NCBI RefSeq assembly: GCF_026210795.1
Contig: NC_089433.1
Span: forward strand, 5,518,001 to 5,582,000
DNA from: Rhizophagus irregularis
Lineage: Eukaryota
DNA length: 64,000 nucleotides
Reading direction: 5' to 3'
Shown here: in pieces, positions 52,272 through 64,000 of the stretch
Position numbering within the stretch: the stretch's first letter is position 1
Layout: each line of letters starts with the position of its first letter
Notes under the pieces: generated by a model
Told to the model about the DNA's origin: nothing
Databases searched by the model: none
Seen by the model: the letters and a program-made list of their open reading frames with translations, nothing else
Position numbers and translations under genes: made by a program

Positions 52272-52954
52272 ATGCTTTTTTTATCGTTAATCAATACATA
52301 AAAATTCAATTAGTATAAAAAAAATTTATTTCATACTTGCTTAAATCTCACGAATGCGTCAAAAAACTCGAAAATTAAACTAATTGAATTGCAAAGTTTT
52401 TGACCTGTAAATTCATATGCAGGATTATAAAAAATAGTGGTTGAAAATTATACTTAATAAATAGAAAATGCTCTCGCGAAACAATAATTTAGTTAATTTA
52501 GTAGTAGAGTATTAAAGTTTACGATTTAATAAAATAATAGATAAAGTATGATTTAATTTACGATTATATATTTAATTTACGATTATATTTTTTGAACATC
52601 AAAACTAATGAAGCGAATTCGTTAAACACCATGATTGTTATTAGCAGACCAATTAAATCAATTTTCATTAATTAATTTTCGTTAATTTTAAGCCATTGTC
52701 AAAATAAAATAAATGTTGTGGTAAAACTTCCCCGATTGAACCTCTAAATCGACCACCATAGAAGATAATTACGTGTATAAAAACATTTTTATTATTCCAT
52801 AATAAGTCCTCAAATTGACCCGCGACTCACCCACGGTAAATGCTTTAATTTACCATAAAGACACCGCGACACACCTGCGGCATACCCATGGCTTATCCAA
52901 ATTTGTTTAACAAATTTGTTTAAACTATTTATTCCACATCATTGCAATTTCTTA

Positions 52955-53320
52955 TTGTGTTCATAGATTGTAGGCGTAATAATTTGATTTTATTTTTTTA
53001 CAAGGATTTTTTTTTTACACGGATTTTTTTATTTTCCCACTCCTTTTACAAAATTCTTTCATTTCATTAATTCTTTCGTTTTCATTAATATAATTCTTCA
53101 TTTCATTAATTCTTTCGTCTTCATTAATATTTCATTAATTCTTGTGTTCATAGATTGTAGGCGTAATAATTTGATTTTATTTTTTTACACAGATTTTTTT
53201 TTTTACACAGATTTTTTTTTTTACATGGATTTTTTTTTTTTACGGATTTTTTTTTATTTTCCCACTCCTTTTACAAAATTCTTTCTCTTTCATTTTCATT
53301 AATATTTCATTAATTCTTTA
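52955..53320. repeat. 2 x about 185-bp direct duplication upstream of the Myb/SANT ORF
   Basis: ttgtgttcatagattgtaggcgtaataatttgatttt...ttcccactccttttacaaaattctttc twice. Confidence 0.85.
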
Positions 53321-53604
53321 ATAACATGTGACTGATAGATAATTGCGAGTTTTAATTAATGAAAGAAAAAATGAAAACGATAATTTTCACGAACTTAGTG
53401 GTAATATGAAGCATAATTTTTGGAAAGAACTAGTAAGCAAAATAAACCTTGAATTCGAAACCACGTATACTGAGAGGCAATGTAAAGAAAAATTTAACGG
53501 CTTAGTGAGAGCTTATAAAGTATATAAATATTATTTCAGGTTTAACTACTATTTTAGCATATTAAATAGTACTAATATAATTTTATAATTTGAAAAAATG
53601 TATT

Positions 53605-53913
53605 TGTAACAGCCTGTTACATATCTTATTTGTAACATCCTTTTTTATTTTTTTTTAATAATAAATTTAATGTGTTTCACAAATAAAATTTTTATATGCA
53701 AAATTTAATTTGGAAAACTTTTACTTAATGTACTTAAGACAGTTTTATAGACAAAATTTTAAGTTATAAGCAGTTTCTCGAAATTTTTTAAAAAATTCTT
53801 TTGTCTTAGTTATATGACTGATCTTTTGTTTTTGTTTACATTACGCCTGATCTAAATTTTAATTGGATAAAATTGGGGGTTATTACAAATAAGACGCATA
53901 ACAGGCTGTTACA
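53605..53913. mobile_element. 309-bp TGT...ACA MITE in an intron of the Myb/SANT gene
   Basis: TGTAACAGCCTGTTA....TCTTATTTGTAA and its reverse complement; ATT on both flanks. Confidence 0.85.
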
Positions 53914-54321
53914 ATTAGATTTATCCTTATAATTTTATTAGAAAATGCAATTATATATCGAGGGTAAGCCAAAGGAAAGGAAAAGTGCTCTAGGAACGAA
54001 GTACTACAAGAAATTCAGTGAACATTTTTGGGAAAAATGACGTAAATATTAGAAAACTACGTAAATATTTTATTTTTTTTTATTTAATTCATAAATTAAT
54101 CTGATTATTTATTTAGAAACAATTTATGATATTGCTCACGAAATCAACACAACAAGCTATACAACAACTCCGCCATCCTCACCACTACATTCACCAATAT
54201 GCTCACCTATATCACCTCTCCATTCACACTCATCATCATCACCTACGCCTCTCCGTCACTCATCACCTACACCTCTCCTCCGTCACTCATCACCTACACC
54301 TTACCGTTTACGAGGCTCTAA

Positions 54322-54559
54322 AGTTGCTTGCCGAAACCTAGGGGTTTAGGCAAGATGGCATTTCGCCGAAAAGCGAAATTCTGCCGAAACTATATTAAAG
54401 TTATATTAAAAAACTGGCGAAACTTTGGAGAAAGGTGAAACTGCCGAAACTTATTATAAATGCCGAAACTGCCGAAACTCTGCCGAAACTATAATAAATC
54501 TATAGTAAAATTTTGACAAAACTAATCGTAGGATTTTGAAGAGGTTTAGACAAGCAACC
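54322..54559. mobile_element. 238-bp MITE, copy 2 (inverted relative to 40041-40278)
   Basis: Near-identical reverse complement of copy 1; flanks TAA and TTA. Confidence 0.9.
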
Positions 54560-55885
54560 TTACGAGGCTCACCTTCATATTATGAAATCATTAAAATTGA
54601 ATAATTTCACCTCTCCGTTTACGCTCACCTCACTTCATATAAAATTGTAAATCTTTCAAATCATAATTACTATTTTGTTATATTGATGTCTGTACAACAT
54701 TCAATTTTGCTTAATATTATATTGCTGTACAACATTCAATTTTTTTATTTTCCAAACGATGTATCTTTCATTATTTGGAAAAAAATACTATTTACTTTAC
54801 TACATAAAATAATAAAATATGCTAAATCATTAAATAAGCAAATAAGCAGATCGTCACTGTATTATTTCAATTGGAATATTTTAATTATAACCTCCACAAT
54901 TAATCATGAAAATTATTTTGAGAGTATTCTAGCAACCATCAAACTGTACTATGTTTCATCCATTTATCGTTTAAAAATTTCTCTTCCTTTAGCAGTTAAG
55001 TTTATAAATTTCTATTTAATGGTACTATTGAAATGTAAATTCGTTACCAACTCTAAATATTTTTGAATTTTGTAGCTTTACATAATATTCTATAGACTGC
55101 TATTATTGAATCACGACTTTCTTTTCATAATTGTATAAAAATCATATGTTAAGGAGTTGCATTGTCTTTTCGCAAATTTAGTAATCAGTCACATATGAGT
55201 AAAAAGGTTTGATTGGGTTATTTAGATGCAATAATATCTTTAACATTACGTAATTTAATGCTGAACGATAATAGTAGCTATAATGGCTATACTTTTTGAG
55301 TTTGGTGCATATTATTGTATCACATAAAATGATACTTCACATGATTAATTTCTTCTCACTCCTTTCTTCTAATATTTTTCTTCTTACTCCTTATATGGCC
55401 TAAAAAAGTATAATAAAATTTATGAAATTGAATCGTAAATACGCAATAAAATAAAGATTTGGAACTGATTTGAAGTAATCTTCTATATAAAAAAAGTGTC
55501 CAGTATTCACTTTTATTATTAAATGAAATACAAATTATTTATATAAATTAAATTTAATTTTTGATCTTGAAATTATAATTTTTAGTTTTTCCATCTCCTG
55601 ATATTTTTAACTGATCCTGCATTTTACACAATACACAATGATATTGAGATCATATATATTTTCCAATTAAATACTACAATCATAATTACAATAGCTAAAA
55701 TCTCAAAATTATATCATGATAACCTCGCCCTTTTTTTTTGTTCATTCAATGTTTATCACCTACTTTTTTGAGCAAGAAAGTTGCTCCACATTTTTTATTC
55801 ATTCATATTTTCTCAATATATATCATCTACTTTGAAACAAAAAGGTTGTTCCACTTTTTTTTTCGCTCATATTTTTTTTTATATT

Positions 55886-57025
55886 ATGACGACTAAACGT
55901 AAATCACCTAATAAATCGTCTGATGATAATCAAGAAATGGAAGTTGAAGGAGGTATGTAGATATAACTCTTTGTAAATTTATAGTAAATTTTGTTATATA
56001 GTTATATGTAAGAAGAATAATTAATAAATACCAAAAATATGTATAATAGGATCGAAAAGAAAACAAATTACGAAAAAAAGAAGAGATATTGACATTGAGA
56101 AAGCCAATCAGTTGATGAAAAAAAGTAAAAACCATAGTAATAAAAAAGCTGCCAAATCTGCCGATAAAGAAGTTATAGTAGTAAATGAAAAAAGAAGTAA
56201 TGATGATGATGATGATGATGATGCGAGTAAGACGGAAGATCATAAAAAACCCGAAGTATTTCAATCAAAGTCAAATTTAGAAATAGTTGCTTGGCTCGTC
56301 GACCATCTGGAAATTTTAAGATTGGCACTAGAAATGAACAATACAGATGTTGCTATCTCATCATCCAGTAAAATTACGGACGTAAGTATTAAATTAACAT
56401 GATAATATTTATTTATCTAAATCTTTTAAATAATGTATTTTTAATATTTTAGGATAAAATTCATCTATAGGACGAAAGTGTCAAGTGTCTTTTTTTACGT
56501 GTGAGAAGTCCACGTGGTGAAGTTTTTGATGAGTTGATAACAAAAATTTTCAAAATAAAAATACATTCGAACGAAGCTAAAAGCTATCTCAAAAAAACCC
56601 AAAAATTTTTCATCGACTTCAGAAATAAGTTTAACCAAATTATTTTAACTTCTGTAGAAGAATTTAAAGAAATAAGAAAAAATAGGTATTTATTTAATTG
56701 TTTCCTAGCTAACCAAATAGTGCTGTTTGTATTAATTATTAATTTAATTATAGAGCATCTACCGGAAGTTTATCTCAAAAGGAACTTATAGATTACGTTG
56801 ATGAAGAATTTGTTCAAAAGATTTTAAGCTGACAGCTTGTAGCTGTTAATATTTCAGAATTAACAAGAAATGGAGGATTCGATATCTTGGTTGATTTCAT
56901 AAGAGAAACCTTTAAGGTTTCGTAGAACAGAAAAAATTTGTCTGCCGTTAAAGAATTAGATAATATAACCAAAGAATTAACGATCCCTTTTAGAAGCGGA
57001 AACAAGATCGTTGATTCTTTATCGG
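55886..57025 (+). pseudogene. Multi-exon hypothetical gene with several in-frame stops, probably transposon cargo
   Basis: ORF fragments 56112-56402 and 56501-56791 plus downstream pieces linked by GT-AG introns; stops such as HL*DE, LS*QL and VS*NR. Confidence 0.6.
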
Positions 57026-59249
57026 TAAGTTATTTTATTTATACTGATACTTCATATCCTTTAATCATAGTTATTAATAATAATATTAAATTATACATAA
57101 TTATAAATCTTAGCAAACGCTCTAATTTTTTTATAAAATTATGCATTTTATAACGATATTACATTGAATAAATTTAGTAAATTTTACAAGTAAATTATAA
57201 TATGAAACATCATTATTCTAAACATTATATCATAATGTCGAGTGATAATAATATAAAATAAAATGGATGTATAAAACTATAAAATGTTTGTCTAAGATAT
57301 AACACTTTCAAGTTTAAAAAGTAATTGTTGTTTTGTTAAAAATGGAATGGTTATTATGTGACGTTTCTTCTTTAATGTATACAGCCTAAATATCTCTATA
57401 TATTTGACGTTATTATACAGACCAAAAAGAATACATTTATGTAACATTTGCGTAAAGTAAGAACTTTAAAGTTTAAGCCAATTCTGACTGGTAATTTACA
57501 AAATAACAAACACATTTCTTAAAAAAATTCTGAATCAGAATACTTTTCCAGTTTTCATCTTCGATTCTGCAAAAAATTGAAAAATTTAGGTGATAATTCA
57601 AGAAATATCCACCTATAAAAGACTAAACAATTATCAGATTGATCAAGTTCGTATAATACCAAATTTAATAAATTGTCTGATTAAATAATCGCGTATATTA
57701 AATGATCGTGTATATTATAAGGCTATAAGGCCTATTAATTCCTAAAAAGTCAATTTAACCACTATTTTATTTAAGACTATTTATTTTGTACATTTTTTTT
57801 TTAAAAAAAAAACTTTCTTTCTGAAAGTAGAGTCTGCCTCCTATACTGTTTGCCGTCGTGCATAGTGTGTTATAGGAAAAGGTGGACTTGAATTATATAG
57901 GTGTAAGCTTATGTTATATAGGCGTAAAGCTTATATAATTAATGCAACAAAAATCCTTTAATCAAGGGTTAAAATAGGCATGATGGGATATTCTCATATA
58001 TCATGAGCTCTGTCTGTTTGAAGTGTCATTTTATATATAATTAAGTAGGCTTAAGTCGTAAGTAACTTTTTTATAACATTGATTATTGGAGAATTAAGTG
58101 GCAAAAATAATTTTTAGTTTGTAAGACTTTAACTCCATACCAACTTGTGTGTATTTGGCGTATATTTTATTCCCTAACCCTTAGTACCACGTGGGTTGGT
58201 AGAGTTAGCGTTTGCACTTCTTGCAGCCTATCTTTAATGGGTTTTAGGTCCACGTTTGCCCATTTAAAATTTATTAAACAGGATGTCATTCGTCCAAACA
58301 CATTGCAACGTTTGTTGATGAAGCTATGGTTGTCTAATAAAAGTTCGCTTTGCCAGGCAATTTATGGTGGATTTAATGGATCAAATTACAAACAACAATA
58401 ATGCAGTCATATGAGAATTCCAGGCCAAAGAATAAGGGTGAATTGTCAAAGTTGAGAATATATTTGTATTTTTTTTTAAAGCCGTCATTCTCATGAACTT
58501 TTTCATTGTATCCCTAAGTTCAATGATTTTGGTAATGATGAAACTGCAGTTGTTTACAGGGTTTCCTGCCAAACTTCTGAGGTGAATTTATGTCTGGTGT
58601 TTTTGAATATACTTATCCTTTTTGCAATAGAGTCGTAGCGAGTCTTCTTAAAGCGTACCTGTGACACCCCATCCAACTTGGGCAGTGTCGCTGAATCTAA
58701 AGCAAGGTACCTGGTTAATCCTCAACTTTGGGTTGATGAGTTATGATTCTGGAGTATTAAGGCATAATGTTTTGACTTACATCACCAATTTAACTCATAA
58801 TTCTAATTTATTGAATTAGTTTATTATAGATTTATTGATATTTTTTTTTATCTGTTATATAATATTTAAATTAAAATTGTTATTGTAATAAATAACCGGT
58901 AACTTAAATCTATTGAAATTAACTTTTAAATTAGATTACAAATTATTAAAATATTATAAAATTGAATTTAACGATATTTGATTGATTTGATATTTTTAAA
59001 GGTAAATTCAATATTTATAGATAATATCATTTTGATATTATTTTGATACTGAATTAATCATATGGGCCGATCCTTGGAATCTAATTTTTTTACACAAAAA
59101 TAATTTTATTAAAGCAAATATAAATTATCATTTATATAAGAATAATAAATTTATACCAGATAATGCAAAAAAAACTAATTAATTATATAATTTTTAATTT
59201 TTTTTTAATATAAGATATCATTAAAATTTAAAAGATCAAATATAACTCT

Positions 59250-59880
59250 CATGACAAAATCATTGATAATTCTTCGTAGAAATAAGCTATACAAATAAAT
59301 TTACATTCATTTGAAAGAGAAAATCGAGATCTATCTAATGAATCTAAAATCAAGTGAATTGAATCACTAGTTGTTCAGTAATCACGTTCAGTATATTATT
59401 GAATTTTATCTAAATTTGATCATTAATTACTTCACATATAGTGATTCAATTTGAATGATCTTTGCTCCCTAAGGTGATGCCAACTTTTATCTTTAAAATA
59501 AATTTAAAATAATTCGTTTAATATATGTAGATGTTTAGGAATCATCAATTATATTATTAATATAAAATTTTATAAGTTTGATAAAATCTGATATAAAAAA
59601 ATTTATTAAATACCTGTAGATGCAAGCTACACGAATGAAATTATATTCATTTGAAAGAGAAAATTAAGGTCTATATAATAAGCCTAAAATCGAATGAATT
59701 GAATCACTGGATTGTGAATAATTACGTCTAATATATTTATTTTTAATTTTTAAATTTGATTTGACTTTGATCGTTAATTACGCCTCATCCAGTGATCCAA
59801 TTTTCCTGATCTTTGATTCTTACGATAGAGCAAATTCTCAGCTTTCAAATGAATGTAAAATGATGACGTTAGCATATCTC
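59250..59880. repeat. Degenerate palindromic modules (old foldback element remnant)
   Basis: Direct and inverted copies of ttcatttgaaagagaaaat...atcta...ctaaaatc.a.tgaattgaatcact.g. Confidence 0.6.
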
Positions 59881-60579
59881 CAGGAATAATAATGCACGAT
59901 TTTGTCACCTGCATAAAGTCCGATCTGAAAATTTTATTTCTTACCAAAAAATGCTTTCATAAGAGAATCCCAAATTCTTTTACTTTATTTAAAAGATTTT
60001 ATTTGCCATTTAAGGATTTTAGTAGAATAAATCTAATAAAATAATTTTAAAAGATAAAAAACAAATATATAATTAGTTATTTTGAAAAAAAAAGAATATC
60101 TTATTATTCATTTTACAACTATTTTACATCATAATTATTTTTTATTTGCATGTATTTTTTACAAAGAAAAAACAATAAATTAAAGCTAAAAATTATGAAA
60201 AAATATGTCTTATCTATGTATATAAAATATTAAGTTTTTTCTTTTACTTACCACTTAAAAATAACTGCTATATTTGCTTATAAACTTTTTTGTCATATTT
60301 AATAAAAGTGAATAGAAAAATGATGGAAAAGTGATGGGAGTGATGGGGAAAAAGAAGTGGTTATTACCGTTATTTTTGAATATTGATTAAAAAAATTTTT
60401 TTTATTTTTTATTAAATCTGAGTTACGTAAATATGTAACACATATTTAATTTAGATTTGTGTAATGTTAATCTTACTAAAATATTAAATTTTTATAAAAA
60501 TCTTAATTTAGACTAATTCCAAAAATCGGCACATATGTATTAAAATAATATTATATTGATATTGCATTTATTAAAAAAA

Positions 60580-61296
60580 AATCATTATTGTTATAACAAT
60601 ATCAAAATGATATCATTTCATTATATCAAAACGATATCATATTAATATCGTATTTACTTTTTATTTTTCATTATTGTTATAACAATATCGAAATGATATC
60701 GATTTGATGTTTCGTCAATATCGTTATGATGTCGATTAGATAATTATAAAGTGTTATCTTTACGATATCATATTGATATTGAATTAATGTTGGAACGATA
60801 TCATATTAATATTGTATTTACTTTCTATTTTTCATTATTGTTATAATAATATCGAAATGATATCAATTTGATGTTTCGTCAATATCGTTATGATGTCGAT
60901 TAGATAATTATAAAGTGATATCTTTACGATATCATATTGATATTGAATTAATGTTGGAACAATATCATATTAATATTGTATTTACTTTCTATTTTTCATT
61001 ATTGTTATAACAATATCGAAATATCGAAATGATATCGATTTGATGTTTCGTCAATATCATTATGATGTCGATTAGATAATTATAAAGTGATATCTTTACG
61101 ATATTATATTGATATTAAATTAATGTTGAAACGATATCATATTAATATCGTATTTACTTCCCATTTTTCAAAAAATTCATTATTGTTATAACAATATCGA
61201 AATGATATCGATCTGATATTTTTTCAAACAAATATCTTTACGATATCATTTCGATATATTGAATTAATATTGAAATGATATCATTGCGATATCATT
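60580..61296. repeat. GATATC-rich tandem repeat, 164-bp unit, 3 full plus partial copies
   Basis: Units start at ttcattattgttataacaatatc near 60667, 60831, 60995 and 61176. Confidence 0.9.
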
Positions 61297-61298
61297 AA

Positions 61299-61490
61299 GG
61301 TTGCTTGCCGAAACTAAAGGGTTTCGGCAGAATGGCGTACGCGAAACTGCCGAAACTAGTTTCGCGAAATCATCAAGAAATGCCGAAACTGCGAAACCTA
61401 TCAAAATCGCAAAACTGCCGTAACTTGCCAAAACTGTTTCGGCGTTTCGGCAATACTTTCTATATGATTTAATTAGAGTTTCAGCATTTA
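61299..61490. mobile_element. Single terminus of an element related to the 238-bp MITE family
   Basis: TAA|GGTTGCTTGCCGAAAC...GGGTTTCGGCAG followed by GCCGAAAC repeats; no partner TIR found in the window. Confidence 0.7.
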
Positions 61491-61615
61491 AACAATTTAT
61501 AAGAATAAAGACAATATGATTTTTTGTATGTAAATATTTATTTTATAATATTTAATATTAAACTAATAAAATATACGATTAAAAATATAATAAAAATTAA
61601 AATTTAATAATATCT

Positions 61616-63035
61616 TTATCTTCTATGTGGGACCTGCTTCTACCTCTTCTTCTATCTCTACTTCTGTCCCGTCTTCTATCTCTACTTCTATCTCGTCTTC
61701 TATCTCTACTTCTTGATCTACTTCTTGATCGAGACCTAGATCGCGACCTTCTTCTTTCCCTTCACAATCTATATTCATATTGACGTTGATCATGCACAGC
61801 ATGCCGCCGTCGATACTCTCGTCTAAACAGATCTAAAATCCAATAAAAATATTAATGAATTGAATGAATTGCCTAAATAAAATTAATTTAAAATAATAAT
61901 TAATAATAATTACCGGTTTGTAACCAGAATTCATCGTTCATATCAGCAAAACACGCTCTATCGAAACTATTTGGGCTTATAATAGGAATGTCGTCATCAT
62001 TATTATTTATTATCCTACTGAGGTTTTCATAACCTCGTTTGAGGGCATTCCATTTTGTTTGGCATTGCCTAGGTGTCGCTGCAAATCCCGTTGTAACGAA
62101 TATACTTGTGTCCGAAATTATTTTAGTATTACGGAAATACATAATTACGTAATTCTGTAATTATTAAGTAATTCATTAGAAAAACTCCGTATTCCGTAAT
62201 TAATTTCGGACTCCGTAATTAATTTCGTATTACGAAAATATTTGGCCAGAATTAGCCTTAATTTTTGCCGATTTATATATAAAAACTTTAATAAATAATA
62301 ACTCGGCACTCAGGCGATCCGTTTTGGATGATCTTACTACCATTTGATTCGTCTCGATAAGGCGATTCTAATGGTAGTAAGATCATTTAAATCCAATCAC
62401 TAGATCGCGCTCCGATACCAATAACTTTTAAATATTTATAGCATAATAGCTCCGTCAATTTCAATGCTAGAAAGATGATCTTACCGTACCGCCATTAGAA
62501 TCGTCTCGTCATAACGAATCGAATGGTGGTAAATTCATTCAAATCTAATCACTAGATCGTGCTCCGACACCAAAATTCATTAAATGTTTATAGTAAATTA
62601 ACTCCATCAATATCGGTGCTATAGAAATGAAACACATATCATTAGATTCGTCTCGATGAGACGAATCGAATGTAGTAAGATCATCGAAATCGGATCACTA
62701 GATCCTGAGATATTCGCAATTTCGCACTATTATGCAAATTTCGGAATTTTGGAATACGTAATTAATTTCGTAACACGTAATTAATTACGTAATTACGTAA
62801 TTAATTACGATTTCGTAATTTCGGATTTCGGATTTGCCAATTGAATTTCGGAAACAACTATAGTAACGAACACCCTATTTGCTATTATTGTTCATGCATT
62901 TACATGATGACAGTTTGCAATTCTTTCGAATTGCTGATGTAAGTTTCTTCATTCCGCGATTGATTGCCTAGCTGCGTTAATCGTCTATTGGAATACTGGT
63001 GGTGGCGGTGGGACAAAAGGTACTAATGCTGCCAT
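61616..63035 (-). pseudogene. Myb/SANT-like protein with Arg/Ser/Asp-rich tail, with stops and split by a hAT-like MITE
   Basis: MAALVPFVPPPPVFQ*T...IIANRVFVT[insertion]TGFAATPRQCQTKWNALKRGYENL...RSRSRSRSRDRRRDR. Confidence 0.78.
62101..62862. mobile_element. 762-bp hAT-like non-autonomous element
   Basis: TIR TATACTTGTGTCCGAAATT / AATTTCGGAAACAACTATA; 8-bp TSD GTAACGAA at 62093-62100 and 62863-62870. Confidence 0.92.
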
Positions 63036-63646
63036 TTTTTATTTTTATGATTTTTTCGTAACTTGAAAATTAAATACAATTTGAAAATTAAAATACAATT
63101 TAGTTTTGAATTGCGAAAAAAAATTCAAATTTCATAATATTTATAATAATTTTAAAATTCATTATAATGTTTAAAACATGAACTGATGAACATAATAACA
63201 TTCTACATAATTAAAGTATTTGTAACAAAATAAACACAGTTTTGATTCTAATGTAATAAATTTAATTAACGCAGTTCTAAATTTTTTTTGTAACGCAGTT
63301 CTTAAAATTTATTGATCTAATGTAATAAATTTAATTAACGAAGTCCTTAAAACTTATTGATTCTAATATAATATGCTTATCCTTATTCCTTAATTAAATT
63401 GCACTATTTTTAAAATATAATATGCTTATCCTTATTCCTTAATTAAATTGCAATGTTTTAAAATATAATATAAAATTACAATTGCCTGCATTGCCTGCAT
63501 AATTATATGTTAACTGGACTTTGATCGCGAATATTTTGCCCTGCATAATTACATTATTTATTTCCTAAATAGTATCATTATTTAAATCACATGATATTAG
63601 AATTAATTCTCATTGGATTAACTATTGTAATTATTTCTTATTATTA

Positions 63647-64000
63647 TTATTTCTCATTATCATCATAATTATCGTCATTATTATCACCGTCATCCATACC
63701 TAATACATCATCTATATCATAATCATAGTCACCTTCTCCGGGTCTCTTGTTATTACCACTATCATCAACTTCATCATTTTCCGCATTATTTTCATCTGAA
63801 TCATCCAATATCATATCTCTTGGAATATCGCCGATTTCACTAGTAATTGAATCATGCGATAAATTAACAAATTGATCAATCCATAGACTTTCGATTACTA
63901 CACGGCAATTGTCTTCGGGTATTATTTCGCCGCTTGTAGTTAATCTCTGAGTAGAAGTTTGCTCCTCATTATATTCCTCATCGTCATCTTCTGCAAAAGC
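63647..64000 (-). CDS. Acidic C-terminal end of an ORF entering from beyond the window, possibly a hAT-type transposase tail
   Basis: Open frame FAEDDDEE...GEIIPEDNCRVVIESLWIDQFVNLS...GEGDYDYDIDD...EK*; the family assignment is an inference. Confidence 0.5.
   Translation of the reverse strand, partial: AFAEDDDEEYNEEQTSTQRLTTSGEIIPEDNCRVVIESLWIDQFVNLSHDSITSEIGDIPRDMILDDSDENNAENDEVDDSGNNKRPGEGDYDYDIDDVLGMDDGDNNDDNYDDNEK

Larger units (their letters stand above)
53326..54640 (+). pseudogene. Myb/SANT-like (trihelix) DNA-binding protein with Ser/Pro-rich tail; transposon accessory gene, disrupted
   Basis: LRVLINERK...FWKELVSKIN...TERQCKEKFNGLVRAYK|KMQLYI...; frameshift near the start, in-frame stops and two MITE insertions. 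Confidence 0.75.

Noticed and set aside
54683..55066. 127-aa ORF
   Set aside because: AT-rich with a composition typical of a chance frame; no recognisable motif.
58655..58710. Hammerhead ribozyme at the three-way junction
   Set aside because: No CUGANGA/GAAA core on either strand.

Overview
This is AT-rich, intron-dense eukaryotic DNA that looks like a Glomeromycotina (Rhizophagus-like) arbuscular mycorrhizal fungus; the taxon is inferred from composition, short introns and gene families. It has three zones. (1) 0.4-27.1 kb: a compact block of 16 mostly conserved genes, largely in head-to-head pairs (LAMTOR3, THR1, NDUFV2, an OB-fold protein, an inositol 5-phosphatase, an MBD4-like glycosylase, a small basic protein, polo kinase, SPC2, SAL1, SEC22, STE14, a DUF262 protein, RPS12, a cyclin, CLC1), plus RPN10. 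It includes one U12-type intron and one GC-AG intron. (2) 28-37 kb: two lineage-expanded genes, a C2/helical-repeat protein and a TRP-like channel. (3) 37-64 kb: nested transposon remains (Plavaka/CACTA-like transposase, Myb/SANT pseudogenes, hAT-like, Harbinger-like and CACTA-like MITEs with readable TSDs, a tRNA-headed SINE-like element, a micro-exon array). The main discovery is an intronless three-gene cassette at 43.8-45.9 kb. Its central ORF closely resembles the asfarvirus TBP-like protein B263R, its neighbours share a virus-like upstream motif, and repeat arrays bracket it. All homologies were recognised from memory and need database confirmation. Exon boundaries were read by eye.
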